64,000 nucleotides of DNA from contig NC_086108.1 of assembly GCF_963921235.1 (NCBI RefSeq), forward strand, positions 33,420,001 to 33,484,000, in the 5' to 3' direction. Shown here one piece after another: positions 36,101-50,629 of the stretch; the first letter of the stretch is position 1, and every line of letters starts with the position of its first letter. The notes beneath the pieces are model-generated. The model made no database searches. It had not been told where the DNA came from and was given only the letters and a program-made list of their open reading frames with translations. The translations under genes were made by a program, and so were the position numbers. Source of the DNA: Mobula hypostoma. Lineage: Eukaryota.

Positions 36101-38069
36101 CCTTGCTGAAAGCCATGAGGTTCATGGCTATCCAACCGCAGGTATCCTGTAGTCTTTATATGAGGATGAGCTCAAAGCTGAAATGGATGCTGTGATGTCC
36201 AACATGGAAGTTGCGTAAGTACACCACTATGGAGCAAAAATTTCAATGTGTCCAAAACACAGCGACTGATGTGGTGGAACTAATTCTGCAGGCACATCGA
36301 ATGTGATAGAGAATTTCTTCATTGACATTTGCCTTTGCCAAGAACTGGTTTCTGATACAGGTAAAGATTCACATTTTCCAGGGCCCTGTTGCGAGCCTTT
36401 ATTGCTGGAGGGCAGTGGGTCATGGAAGCAGATTTTGCATTGTAGGTGTGGTCTATACAATGGTCTTATCAGCCACCTTAGAAACTACAGAACCAGGGAA
36501 GGAGCAGGTCATCCTTGTTTCCCAGTTTTGGTCTAAGGAAAAGCAGCAGCAACTCCATGGCAAAGCCGGTCTACCACCTGAAGTCACACCATTCTTCTTT
36601 ATGGGGTATATCTATCGGACATTTGCTAATTGTGAGAGACAATAATCGAGGCTGTTTCTTTTATGAAGGTGATACATTTTTTATTTATACTGCAACTTCA
36701 TCTAATCATAAACAATATTAGTTCAGTTGCCAAGACCTTTTCTGTGACCTGCATATCAAAACGTCCATTCATCAGAGTACTAAGTAACGGAGTACTAGAG
36801 TATTTGCTGACAGATGAACATAGCCTTCTGCTCAGCAGGATACCAGCCCTGGGACACCTACGCTGTGCCGAAGAACTCCCCAGTGGAGCGTTGCCAGCTT
36901 CTGCAGATCTTCCAGTTCACTGGCTGGGAAATCTGGGCTGTGAGCTTACACTAGATAAGCATAGCTGCCTCATTGAAATGAGTGAGAGAAATCGGCTGTC
37001 GGCAGGCAGGTAAAATGAAGCTTTTCAGATGATTTAATTGTTAGCTTAAATGTTTTCAACTGGTTTAAGTGCATGTGTTTTGGTTTATTAAAATTATTTT
37101 AATTTTTTAAAAACCAGTTGAAAGTGATTTTGAACACTTGTGAATGCTAATTCAATTGCTGTGACAGTTTTAACAGTGATGGGCCAGGAAGAGGGTGGGA
37201 GGGACCTTCCACTGGCTGTCCAAGCCCATTCTATCAACGCAGTTGGTCAATGATGCCAGCAGATCTCTGTACTGCTGTAGCCCTTGTAGAGCAGAGTCTG
37301 TCAACGACCGGCCCCTGGGTACATGAAGAGAAGAACTGTGGCGCAGGGGGGAATGATCAGTGACTTTGGACAGTGGATGATCTGCCAAAGTTCTGATGGT
37401 GTCTCAACTCAAGCAATACAAATTCTGACATTTGTTTTTATGAAGAAATTTTAACCATTTATTCTGAAAATTTCCAGTTCAAATCACAGCCTAGTGTAAT
37501 GCAAAAGGTGGGTATTGCAACAGAATTCAAAACTGGAGCAAATACTGCACACAGCAGCCACTGGCCATGGTGTGTTTGATTTGCTGATGTACTCACTGTG
37601 CTGAATTGGACTTAAAGAACAAATAAAGGAGATGTTGTTTAATTGTGTAAGATCAGGACGAGAAACAGCATAACACGGAGGATATTCCCAGTGCGAGAAA
37701 TTTTGGGCTATAACCTTTAAGTGGCTATAACGAATCGCGATGCTCTCTGACCCCCAACTCCCGGAGTTTGTTGCTGTTTCACAGCTCAACGTGAATTAAT
37801 TTGATGTCATCAAGCCTGTTTGTGGATAGACAACCAACACTTCTAGTTACTGTAGAGACAGTGCAGATTATTCAGCTAGACTACGGTGGTATTTTAAATC
37901 ATTGAAAGCTTATGAATAAAGAACGTTCTGTTTGAGCAATAAAAGATGGAGACTAAAATCACACAATTCTTGGTGTGTGTAAAAGAAAGCAAGCAATCAA
38001 AGCTGGCAGCTGTGCTCAATCAGATTAATGGCATCTACTGAGAATGTAAGCACTTAGGTGAATGGAACA

Positions 38070-38652
38070 TGTGAAAAAGAGAGTCGGGAGCACGGTAGGA
38101 AAGGGGAGAGGGAGCAGGTGGGAAGGAGAGAGGAATATGGAGTGAGGGAAGATGAAGCTGAAGGGAAGGAAAATGGGGGAGGAAGATGGAAATTGGAAGT
38201 GAACCAGGGGAGGGGGAGTGATGAAGCGATGAGGGATAAAGGAGGTGGGGCAGAAAGGGGGAGAGGGAGAGTGGGGAGAGAAAGAAGGGAGGGGGAGGAG
38301 GAAAGAGGAGAAGAGAGGGACATTGGTGTAGGAAGAATGGTGGTGTGGGAAGAAGGGATGGTGAGGTGGGATGAGTGTGAGGTAGGTGGAATGGCAGAGT
38401 AGGAGGCAAGCAGAGTGGAAGAGAGATGGGGAAGGGGAAGAGGAAGAAAAGGGGGAGGGGAAGGAAAGAGAGAGGGAAGAGGCAGAGATGTGGGAGGGAG
38501 AGAGATTAATGGAGGGAGAAGAGAGGTGAAGACAGAGAGATGGAGAATGGATAGAAAAAGAGGAAGGATAGAGAGGGGGAGGATAAAGAGTTGGAGAAGG
38601 AGGGGAGAGAGAGGAAAAGAGAGAGGGAGGAGAGTGGAGGGGGAAGAAGAGA
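38070..38652. repeat. Low-complexity purine-rich (G/A) tract, about 580 bp
   Basis: Almost exclusively G and A on the plus strand, with many GGG/GGGG runs. Confidence 0.85.
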
Positions 38653-41600
38653 CTATTTAATGCTTAGACAGTAACAATATTAAATGTTTGCTATTTTCTC
38701 ACTGTGATATTATGATAGAATATCTTCTGTTCCCCCAATGCCCAGAGAATATGTTTGTTTAAGCATTACCCTGAGGATTTACTTGCATTTGTCTGCAGTG
38801 GACCTAACCCATTGGAAGTGTCTCTTGTTTGATTTTGCTTGTTATTTGGGATGTCAGATCTGACCATCTATGGAATGTTTCTTTACACAGCAAATAGTCA
38901 GGGCTTCTAATGCACCAGGGGCAGTAGAGGAAACAGATAACGTTGTTCCTTTCAAAAGGGAACTGGATGGCTTTCTGAAAGAAAAACGCTTGAATGCATA
39001 CAGAAGTAAAATTAGCTGGAATGCTCAGACACAAATTCAGTATTGACTCAATGGGTGGAAACGTGACTCAGAGACCCTTTAAGCCCTCACAGAGCCCAAT
39101 GGCCCAAGGGAACCGAAGGGAAGATGCCTAAAATAGCCTGTTTGGGGCTGAATAGCGGTGCAACCCCAACCAGTTTACAATTCGTCCTTGTAGTGATTGA
39201 AGTTAAAAGTCAAATTGTTCTTGGAGCTGGAACTGGGGTTAGGCATTGATGAAATATATAGTAGCATTTCCTTAATTTACACTGCATAAGAGTTGAGGTC
39301 ACTGAAAGCTGTGAGAACAGCTTACAGTTCAAGACTCAGGTAAAAAATATTTACTGATAAATTTCACTGTTATTCTGTCTGAAGCTTCACCATCGTCTGA
39401 TAGCTGCAATTGCTGTAAGCCATAAAATATTTTGGGCTCAGCCTACATGCAGGAATCATTACATTGTTCATGAAAAAAAACACAGAATTGTGAAGAGCAC
39501 CTCATGGAACATACAGAACCCTTTTCTGCACACAGGAGATCGAGAACAATCTTTGTTTTATGAATATTGTTGTGAGGGTTATTTGCTTTTCTCCTTCTAC
39601 AGAAGTCTATGTTGCATCAATGTGATTCTGTTCCATAACTCACTCCCTTTGTATACTTGTGAATGTGGCTTTACATAAAAATGTGGACTAACAACGTGTC
39701 AGTGGCAGTAATAATTTAAGTTAGGCACCACCCCATCAGTATGTTTCCAGTAGAACTCAAGCTTTATAAAGGCACCCTCCTCTTTTTTTTTTAACGTGTG
39801 TAACGATAATTCTTGTTTCACTTTTACTTGCACCTAGCTAAACTGTTGGAAGAGAGATAGCTGCTCTGAAGACTCGACAGTAATCCAATCACTCATATGA
39901 GAACATGTGGTTTCAGTTCCAATGCTATAAAGTTGGATTTCCCGAATGGACAGATTCTCGGAGGTGCTGACTGTATCTATTTTAATTGGTTTAACTTAAT
40001 GGCAATGCTAAGATAACACCGAATGTAAACCTCAAGACCAAAAGGAGAACATTGGTGACTCTTCTGCAGGTAAGATTTATAATATTGTCTTTAATTCATC
40101 TAATAGTTCACAATCCAAAAATTTGCTAGAACAGATTACAATTGTAGTGAGAAAATCATCTTTCAACTAGAGGTACTGGAGTAGCTGTCTTCATGTTCAG
40201 TAGTTGGATTTTTAGGAAGGTCTTGCAAGTAAGACGCAGATATCAGACTCAAGAAATGACTAGGCTGATCTCATTTTATTAAAATACTAACATTCAAACT
40301 AGCTTAATAATGTTCAAACAGTAACTGAGCTCCAGCCTACTGTCATCTCAGAAAGAGGATAAAAGCTCAAAAGGGAGGATCCCATTCAAACGAGAAAGAT
40401 TCTTATAATAATAAAGCGGTATGACTCTAGGAATAACTGAGCACAGTGCTACATAGTAAGTGACAAATGCACTTTTATCACAGTTACTTAAGTCTGGTCA
40501 AGTGTTAACCTGAAGCCCATTCTAACCTTCTGTAGGAACTTAAAAGGTCCACAAGAGCGCTGGAAGAGCAAGTGAGTTCTCCTCAGAGTACAGCAAAAAA
40601 AAACCCTCTCAAATTCTTACAAAATGGAAGGACACTTAATTATGTTAGTTAAGGAACACCAGTATCGTACTTTTTACGAGAATGTGAGAGCCTTTTGCTG
40701 AAGTGCCTGGGGAAAGCTTCTTTACTGGAAAAACAGGAAGTGAACACACGGTTGTACAGAGATAAATCCTGCTGTATCACCCTGTGGCAATGAGCTGCCA
40801 ATTTTGAAAAAGCACTGACTTTCTACTTGTGCAGACTATTTACTGTGGTATCCATAGTGAAGTCCGATTGTAATCACCTTTCATGAAAAACACGGAATGC
40901 CAAGGGTTTGATTACCTCAAGTAAGTACAGGCACATAACATCAGATATACAACATTGACAATTAAAGCATAAATTAACGATATAAATTTTTAAAAATACA
41001 AGAAAGGACACAATTAGAATAAAAAATTCAGAGTCTGTTTTAGTACAAAGTGGTCATTGTTGCTAAACTGAGTTTTATCAATAGTGATTAGGTTTGTATA
41101 TAGTGATGCAATATTAGCTCTGACCACACTCTAACATTGGACTCCTCATGGAGTTCATAATGAGAGGCTGAGGAATGGAAAGACAGTATCAGAGATGGTA
41201 ACAAGATGGATTGCTATACAAGCATACCCGGGACACTAATCCCTTTAGGGAAAGACGTCTGCTAACTTGACCCGGTTTAGCTTATTTGTAATGTATTTAC
41301 CCACAAATGCCAAATCAGTTTAGGGGCAATGAGGGACAGAAATAAATTCTGGCCTTGAAGTCACTAACCATTTCATTAAAAAATGCAGAAATGGTTTGCA
41401 GTGTAAATTTTAGGCTTTGGCACTATTTCTTATTTGGTAACCTCAACTCATGTGGAATATGATACCAGAGTAACATAAAATGGATGTTCAGTCTCAAGGC
41501 CACAAAAATTCAATCCAGTTTAAAGTCAAGCACTTCCAAAACACTCAGCATCTTGAACAGGCAAGAACAGCGATGTTCCACTGAAATACAGAAGCTGTTT

Positions 41601-42014
41601 ATGATGCTATATAGCCCTGAATGGGATATTTTATCAGCAGGATTGTGCCTTCCCTACTTAAAGATAGGAGAATTTCACCCATGTACTAGAAGAGACATGA
41701 ATTGACGGAGTAAGCTCATTTGTCACAAAGTAGATAATGCCAAGGTGCTACATCCATATTATTCATTACCTAGTCATAGGCTTGTTCAAAAAAGTTTTGG
41801 TGTCAAAAGCAAATAAATATGTGAGGAGATTATTCAAGCTTCTTTAACCAACCCCCATAAAATTCACATTTTTCATTTGATGTCAGCTGACATTTTCTTT
41901 CAAGTGTATATCACAATTGGAAGTATATTCTAGGTGAGCAGTATGGGAGTACAGGAGCAGTACCACCTCTGATCATGACTAAATTGGCCCAGTAGATTAA
42001 CATCCTCAAAGACC

Positions 42015-42470
42015 ATATTAAGATCATAAGATATAGGAGCAGAATTAGGCCATTTGGCCCATCAAGTTTGCTCTGCCACATCATCATGGCTGATACAATT
42101 TTCCTCTCAGCCCCAACCTCCTGCCTTCTCCCCGTATCCCTTCATGCCCTGACCAATCAAGCATTTATCAACCCCTGCCCTAAGTATACATAAAGACTTG
42201 GCCTCTACAGCCACCTTTGCCAATGAATTCCACATTTTCATCACCCTCAGGCTAAAGAAACTCCTCTGCATCTCTATTGTAAAAGGACGCCACTCTATTC
42301 TGAGGCAGTGTCCTCTGGTCTCAGACTCTCCCACCATAGGAAACTATCCACATTCACTCTATCAAGGCCTTTCACATTTTGATAGGTTTCAATGAGGTCA
42401 CCCCTCATTCTTCTGAATTCTGGGGAATACAGGCCCAGAGCTATCAAACGCTCTTCATCTGACAAGCCCT
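42015..42470 (-). mobile_element. CR1 3' fragment
   Basis: Peptide VGESETRGHCLRI...FFSLRVMKMWNSL; tail cataagatataggagcagaattaggcc. Confidence 0.8.
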
Positions 42471-42999
42471 TCAAATTAAAGTTCAGAGGATTCTGACAAA
42501 ACTTACTCCATTCAGGTCAACTTAGAAAGAGTCATGCTTTGCTGATCATAAAAGCATGAGATCTGTTATCACCGCCACTCTACTAAAGGTGAATTATTGG
42601 TTGACATTTCAAAAAAGGTTCCTTTTTCTTCCAATAACATTTTAAGGCAAATTGGTTCATATTTGTCATATGTACTGAGGTCCAGTGAAAAACTTGTCTT
42701 GCATACTGTCCATGCAGATCAATAGATTAAAACAGTGCATTGAGACAATATAAAGAAAAGCAACAACAGAATGCACAATAATTTGCTATACTTACAGAGA
42801 AAGCGCAGTCAGGCAGACAGTAAGGGGCAATAGATTGTGAGGTCTGATTAAAACCTTTGTAAATCACAATTATAATTGCAGAGGAGAACAGGAAGAAGAC
42901 TGGGAGAAAAATAATTGATCAAAGATTAAATGGCTAGAGGGATTAAATGTCTTTCTGTGGCAATGGATCGTGTGTTGTCTTCCAGTTTTCAAGGTCACT

Positions 43000-44700
43000 G
43001 AATACCTGCAGACCATCTGGAAAATGTAAGGTGAAGAACCAGAAGTTGTGGCTCATTTTGCCCTGAGATTAGGGAGAGAGGGAAGAGGATGATAAACATG
43101 ATTTTGCAGGCAATAATCTCAGGATTATTGCCCATGTTACATATGTCTATAGAAATTAGAGTATAGAGCAGGTAAATGTGTGGCTGGAGAGATAGTGTAA
43201 CAGAGGGAGCGACCTGTTTCTGGGGTAGTGGTAATTGGACAATTCGGATAGGTCATATCTGCAGAGCCAGCACTGACATCCCTGAGGGAGGGATTTTCTT
43301 GTTCAGGAGGGGAGGTCTCAATCAGCTTGACAAAGGAATGGGAACCTTGAAATCTGGAAGGATGGAAATGAACAGGGAGGTGAAGATTGACTGTAATGAG
43401 ACAGCAATAGTAAAGTCAAAGAGTAAAGCATGGGGAGGGAGTGAAAATACAAAAAAAATCTAGTGATGGAATTAAATGCACTGCATCTGAATGCTCACAA
43501 CATTCACAACAAGGCAAATTAAATTCAAATAATTCCCTAAAGCATAGGAGGCTATTTGTCACTGAGATTTGCCAAATCTCAGAGCATCTCCATCAATGCC
43601 ATTCCCTCACTTATTTTCTGTGCCCTGTTTTCTCTTATATGTTTTTCATCAACACTGCGATTCATCCATCAGTCATCCAATCATGGGAGTTTACAGCAGT
43701 CAATGAACACATCAAGCTGCACATTATTAGGATGCCGGGTAAACTCAGGCATTGTGGAGAAACCCCATACAGATGGAAGTACAAGCACTACACAGACATG
43801 GAGGCTAAGATCAAGCCTGGATCATCGAAGCACATTATGCCACACATAATTAACATGAAAATGCAAGTAAATGTGTATGATCAAATTGCCATTAAGGATG
43901 GAGGATGATTAAAGCTGGGAATTAAATATTCCATGGTATTCAACATTTATGACATGCAAACAAAATGGTAAGCTCCACCCACAAAATGTTGGAGGAACTC
44001 TGCAGGTTAGGGAGCATCCATGGAAAAGAGTAAACAGTTGACTTTCTGGGCCAAGAGCTTTTGTTAGGACTAGAAAGGAAGGGGTGGGGGAGACCCCAGA
44101 ATAAAAAGGTGGGAGGAGGGGAAGGAGGATAGCTAGGTGGTGATAGGTGGAGCCAGGTGGGTAGGAAAGGTCAAAGGCTGGATAGCAAGGAACTGATAGG
44201 AGAGGAGAGTGGAAACAAAATGGTATGCAATATCAATATTAACAAGGGAGGAGATCTAAGCAGTGGTGAGAAATTATCTTGATTTGACAGATCATGATGT
44301 AGAACTAGAAATAAATTAGAGTTGAGCTAGGTAAATAACAAAGAGTAGAAACTATTGGTAGAAATTAATTATAGGTGACCAATTAGTATTCGCAATATTG
44401 GACACAACATAAAGTAGGAAAGTAGATGTGCGTGTATGGAGGAAATTAGTGGACATTTTAACATACGGACAGACTGGGGGAAGCGAGATTGCTGTGATAA
44501 ACTAAAAGAGGGATTTGTGGAATATATTTCAGACACCTTTGCAAATTAATATGATGTGGAACCAACTAGTGGAAAGGCTATTTAGATCTTGTTTTATGCA
44601 AAGAGAAATGGTTAATTAATAACTTTGATATCCTGGACATTTGGGAAAGAGGGATCTAATATGATAGAATTTAATATTCAGTTTGAAAATGTTGCGTTTC
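43000..44700 (+). mobile_element. Highly degraded CR1 ORF1/endonuclease, interrupted by other repeats
   Basis: Remnants resemble KCxxLNAxxI, ELNIPxY and VEPTSGKAILDL. A PLE 3' fragment is inserted at about 43975-44215. Confidence 0.5.
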
Positions 44701-44714
44701 AATATGAATGTGAT

Positions 44715-47700
44715 GTCGATGTCAATAGTGACAGGACATTCAGCAGTTAGCGGGACAGACTGTGCAGAATAGTTGCCATGGTCGAGAGTGCCTGTGAGTA
44801 GCTGCAGAACAGTCTGAAGGGGGAGGGTGAGCAGCAGGATGTCATGGTGCACATTGGCACCAATGACATAGGTTATAGGGTGGAAGAGGTCATACAGCAC
44901 AGAAACAGGCCCTTCAACCCATCTAGTCCATGCCAGATTATTATTCTGCCTAATTCCATTGACCTGCACCTGACCATAGCCCTCACATACATGTATAGTA
45001 CTTACCCAAACTTTAGTTAAATAGTGAAATTGAACCCGCATCCAACAGTTCTGCAGGCAGCTCTTTCTACGCTTGCACCATCCTCTGGGTGAAGAAGTTG
45101 ACCCTTATGTAACCCTTAACTATTTCACCCTTCACCATGACCTCCAGTTCTAATCTCACCCAAGCCTATCTATACCTCATATCTCTGTCAAACTTCCCTT
45201 CATTCTCCCACACTCCTTGAATAAAGTCCTATCCTATTCAATCTTTCCCTAAAACTCAGGTCATCAAATCCTGGCAACACCTTTGTAAATTTTCTCTGTA
45301 CTCTTTCAATCTTATTGATATGGTTCCTGTAGTTAGGTGACCAGCGCTGCACCCAATATTCCAATTTAGGCTTCACCAACATCTTGTACAACTTCAACTG
45401 TGGTGCTCAATACTTTGATTTGTGAAGGCCAATATGCCAAAAGTTCTCTTTGTGACCATGTCCATCTGTGATGCCACTTTCACAGATCCCACTGCAAGCT
45501 TTGATAGCCTTTCTCGCTGTCCACTACGTCCCCAGTTGTGGTGTCATCCGCAAATTTGCTGATCCAGCTGACCACATTTTCGTCCAGATCATTGATATAG
45601 GTGACAAACAATGGACCCAGTATTGATCCCTGCACACCAATAGCCACAGGCCTGCAGTCAGAAAGACAGCCATCCACCACCACTCTCTGGATCCTCCCAC
45701 AAAGTCAAAGTCAAATCCTAAATTGGATTTAAATCCTACCTCATCTTGAATGTCAAACGACTGAACCTTTTGGAGCAACACCCCATGCAGGACCTTGTCA
45801 AAGCCTTTGCTGAAGCAGACAGCATCCACACCCTTTCCTTTATCAATTTTCTTGGTAACCTTGAAAAACTCAAAATGTTTGAATGATCCTAGATCGTTTT
45901 ATAAAGGTTAGGTTAGCCATGACCTACCACACACAAAGCCATGTTGCCTATCCCTAATCAGGCCCTGTCTATCTAAATATATATATATTTGGTTCCTTAG
46001 AATACTTTCCAAGAATTTACCCACAACTGATGTCAGATTCATTGGCCTGTAATTTCCCAATTTATTCTTAGAGCATATTTTAAGCAACAGAACAACAGTA
46101 GCTATCCTCCAATCCCCTGGCACGTCTGCCATGGCAAAGGACATTTTAAGTATATCTGCTAGGGCTCCTGCAATTTCTACCCCAGCCTCCCACAAGCTCC
46201 AAGGGGACACCATGTCAGGCCTTGAGGATTTATCTGTCCTAATTTGCCTCAAGACAGCAAGCGCCTCCTCCTCTGTAATCCAAATAAGTCCATGTCCTTA
46301 CTGCTGCTTTGCTCAGTTCTATAGGCTCTGTGTCCATCTTCTGAGCAAATACGGATACAGAAAAAAAGCCATTTAAGGTCTCCCCCACCTCTTTCAACAC
46401 AACACATAGATGATCAAGCTGATGATCAAGAGGACTTGTTATCCTTTTGATCTTAATGTATCTGTAAAAGCCCTTGGGATTCTCCTTCACCTTGTCTGCT
46501 AGAGCAACCTCACACCTTTTTTGCCCTCCTGATTTCCCTCTTAAGTGTTCCCTTGCATTTTGTAGACTTCTCAAGTGTCTCATTTGTTGCTTACACCAAC
46601 TATGCACCTCCTTCCTTTTAACCAGGGCCTCAATATCTCTCAAAAACCAAGTCAACCATTTATTCATCTTCATAGATACTGCTTGACCTGCAGAGTTCCT
46701 CCAGTATTTTGTGCGTGCGTTTCCCTAAAACGGCTAGCATTGCCTCTTATCTTGACAAGAACGTGCAAACACTGTACTTCCAAAATTTCCGTTTTGAAGG
46801 CTTCCTACTAACCAAGCGTGTCTTTGTTAGGAAACAATCTATCCCAATCTGCACTTACCAGATTGTTTCTGACGCCATCAAAATTGGCCTTCCTCCAATC
46901 TAGAATCTCAATCCAAGGACCAGATCTATCCTTCTCTCTAATTAATTTGAAACTAATGGAATTATGATCACTAGCTCCAAACTGTTCCCATATTCACACT
47001 CTCTCTTTCTCTAATAGGACATCCAGTATTGCACTCTCTCTGGTTGGAACCTCTATGTATAGGTTACGGAAATTTTCATGGACACATTTGACAAACTATT
47101 CCATACCGCCCTTTTGCAATATGGGTATCCCAGTCAATATGTGGAAAGTTAAAATCACCTACCTTCACAACTTTATGTTTCTTGCAACAGTCCGTTATCC
47201 CTACAAATTTCCTTCTCTAAATCCCACTGACTGTTGGGTGGGCTATGATATAATCTCATTAACATTGTCATCCTTATCATATTCCTCAGTCCCACACATA
47301 TAACCTAAGTAGATAAGCCCTCCTGTCTGCCCTGTCTGAGCACTGTCATGACATTTTCCCTGACTAGTGATGCCACCTCTTTCCCCTTTAATCCCTCCTG
47401 TTCTATCGAGCGTAAAACAATGGAACCCTGGAACATTGAGCTGCCAGTCCTGCCCCTCCTCCAACCAAGTCTCAATAATGGTTGTAATGTCATAATTCCA
47501 CATGCTAATCCATGCTCTAAGCGTGTCTGCCTTACCTACAATACTTCATTCATTGAAATAGATAAACTGAGAATATTATTCACACCATGTTCAACCTTTC
47601 AATTCCTGCTTTGTAACTTAAAGACATCTTTCCCTACAACTCCCCCACTAATTGTCCTGGCATTCTAGTCCATCACCCCCCAAAACTCTAAGTTTAAGCC

Positions 47701-49680
47701 CCTGGAGCAGTGCTAGCAACTTTCCTGTGAGGACATTAGTCCCCCTTCCAGTTCAGGTGCAAACCATCTTTCCTTTACAGGTCCCACCTTCCCTGGAAGA
47801 CAGTGCAATTATCCAAAAACCTGAAGCCCTCCCGCTTGCATCATCTCCTTACCCATGTGTTAAACTGTATTATCAACCTATTCCTGGCCTCTCTAGCACA
47901 TGCCAATCCTGCGATCATAACCCTGGATGTCCTGCCCTTAACTTAGCACCTAACTCCATGAATTCACTTTGCAGGACCTCATTACCCTTCCTACCCATGT
48001 TGTTGGGCCAATGTGGACCACATCTTCTGGCTGCTCAGCCTCCTACTTAGGAATGCTATTGATCTGATCTGAGATGTCCCTGACCCTTGCACCTGATTCT
48101 TGACTGGAAGGGCGTCAAAGGTTATAGGGAGAAGGCAGGAGAATGGTGTTGAGATAAATCAGGCATGACTAAATGGCAAAGCAGACTCAATGGTACTAAC
48201 AGACTAAATCTGCTCCTGTGTCTTGTGGTTTAACTGCAGGGAGACCAATATCCTGCCCAGGAGGTTCACTAGTGCTTCTCAGGAGGGTTTAAATGAGTTT
48301 GGCAGTGGGGTGGGAACCAAAGCACCCACCAGAGAGTGGATTGAGAGGAAAGTAGATGTCATGATCAGTAAGATTAGGCAGGATTAAAGTAATAGATACA
48401 ATGGTCTGGAGCATTTTAGGTAAGGGTGATGAACTTCGTAAGGAGCAGTACATGAACTACAGTGCTGTGGCCATAACAGAGACTTCGTTGAAAGAAGGAC
48501 AGGAATAGATGTTTAATGTTCCAGGGTTTCCATGGTTTAGAAAGGATAGAAAAGAAGGTAAAAAATGTGTGTGTGTGGGAGAATTGTGCTATTAATCAGG
48601 GACAATATCACAGCTGCACTCAGGGGTCATAATGGGGGGGCTCACCCATTGAGTTGATATGAGTATAATTCAAAGATAAGAAAGTTGCAATCAATTTGAG
48701 GGGACTGTATTACAGACCCTTCAATAGCCACTGGGACATTGAGGGAAAGTTATGTAAGCAGATTTGGAAAAGGTGTGAAAACAAAACTGTTGTTATGGTT
48801 GGTGACTTCAACTTCCCTAACATACACTGGGACCTCCTTAATGCAGGAGGTTTAGATGGGGTAGAGTTTGTTAGCTCCATCCAAAAGGGTTTCTTAAATC
48901 AATATGTAGATAGTCCAACAAGAGGAGGGGCCATACTGGACCTGGTATTGGTTAATGAGCCTGGCCAGATGACTGGCCTTTCAATGGGAGAACGGTGAGG
49001 GAATAGTGATTCACATCTCTTTACCTTTTAATATAGGTACAGGTAAGGATAAGTACGGACTTTGTGGGAGAACATTAAATTGGAGTAGGGTGAAATATGG
49101 GAGTACTAGGCATGAACTAGGGTGAGTAAATTGGGAACAGCTTGGATGTTGAATGAGGTGGTGAATTTAAAGAAAAGAAAGGAAAGGTAAGTTATAAGAA
49201 GATAAAATCACATCGGGTCCTTGAGAATTATAAAAATGCCAGAAAAGATCTCAAGAAGGACTTAGGAAAGACAGGAATGGCTATGAAAACTCATTGGCAA
49301 ATAGGATTAAAGTGAATCTGAAGGCATTCTATACACACATCTAGAGCAAAAGGACATCTAAGGAACAGGTTAGAAAACACAAGGACAAGGAGGATACATA
49401 CAGTATGTTTGAAGGTGGAGAAATAGGAGTTTGTAGAGTTAGTGGGTGCTCTGGTAATCATCTTCCAAAGTTCTACAGATTCTGGAATGTGCCTGTGGAT
49501 TAGAGGGTAGCAAATATGAACTCACTAGTTAGAACAGGGGGTGAGACAGAAATCAGGCAACCAGTGACCTGTCGACCTAATGTCAATGGTAAGGAAATTG
49601 CTGGACTCTAACAAAAGATGCCACATGGATCATTCTGAAGAATAGTAGGGTTGAGTTGAGCCAATATGGATTATAGAAAG
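44715..49680 (+). mobile_element. Old plus-strand CR1 split by the minus-strand CR1 (pieces at about 44715-44875 and 48230-49680)
   Basis: VMVHIGTNDIG (esterase) on the left. On the right, the ORF1 end, then GLYYRP, VGDFNFP, YVDSPTRGGAILDLVL and degraded RT-proximal sequence. Confidence 0.7.
44880..48095 (-). mobile_element. Older CR1 (esterase end, ORF2, 3' UTR), degraded
   Basis: Minus-strand peptides WNYDITTIIETWL, VKENPKGFY, NYRPMNLTSVVGK, FSKGFDKV, SKFADD and LYKMLVKPKLEY. Confidence 0.88.
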
Positions 49681-50629
49681 AAATTAAGCTGGCATCTCAT
49701 AGTCTCTATTTCTCACGTGCTTGTTCCATTGCCACTCCTCATACAAAATAAGATACATAGTTTTCTTTCTGAAAAAGTGGAATTTCTCAGGGTGACTGAA
49801 TGAGCTGAGCAACAGGACTTTGCTCCTGAGTGAAAAGAAAAATGACATGACCTATTTCCTGGCGAGGTTGTTGCACAATAAATGGAAAGTGATCAGACTC
49901 CCAGTTTCTGACTTTTCTTGACGTTTAAATGGAGAGAGGCAATGATGTCAAATTTCATGTCCCATTCCAAATTAAAGAAACTAATGTGTCCCCTTCCCTC
50001 TGATAGCTGATGACCAGTTGAGGTGTAGCTCCAAAGATCTCCAACATTTCCTATACATTCTTCAGTTGTTGACTATTGGTGGAGAAAAGGTAAAATTATT
50101 ACAACTGGACCCAAACTTTCCCTCCCTTGAAATTCACAGATTTCAGCAGCAATGCTGGATATCTACCAGGAGTGAAATCACATCAGATACTTTGGATTTA
50201 TGATCTTTCAAGCTCTTTAAATTCTCTAGTGTTCTTTTTCTGATTGTAATTAAATTAATCAAACTCATGCCCCTACCATTGGACGTTGACTGAAAGGGCT
50301 GATAACGGAACTGAACTGAACCCCCAACTCTGTTGAGTAATTGGGTTCAACACTGGTTAGTCATGATCTAACTGAATGATGAAAGGTTTTAGGGTTTCAA
50401 GGTACTTTCTACCTACCTTAAACAACAGTCAGTTTAAAAAGTAGGCAAGTTTCTGGTAAGTATTTAATTATAAATATTATCTTGAAAATTTAGCGGCTTT
50501 TCCCAACAATTTCTGACTGATTTGAATAGCTAAAGGCTTCCTGGGATATCAAAGCTAGGAATTGAGTAAAAGAATATTTGTGTTTGAAGCTTGCACAATG
50601 CAACTCCTAGAAGCATGGTTGTCATTTCT

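Noticed and set aside
34570..36560. Possible old RTE-like fragments (e.g. GLISHLRN near 36470)
   Set aside because: Too degraded to delimit or classify by eye.
38035..38660. Pro/Ser-rich and Gly/Arg/Glu-rich ORFs
   Set aside because: Artefacts of the polypurine tract.
39830..40076. Strong donor-like CAG|GTAAGA at about 40070
   Set aside because: No convincing open frame or linked exon; it might be a non-coding exon but is unsupported.
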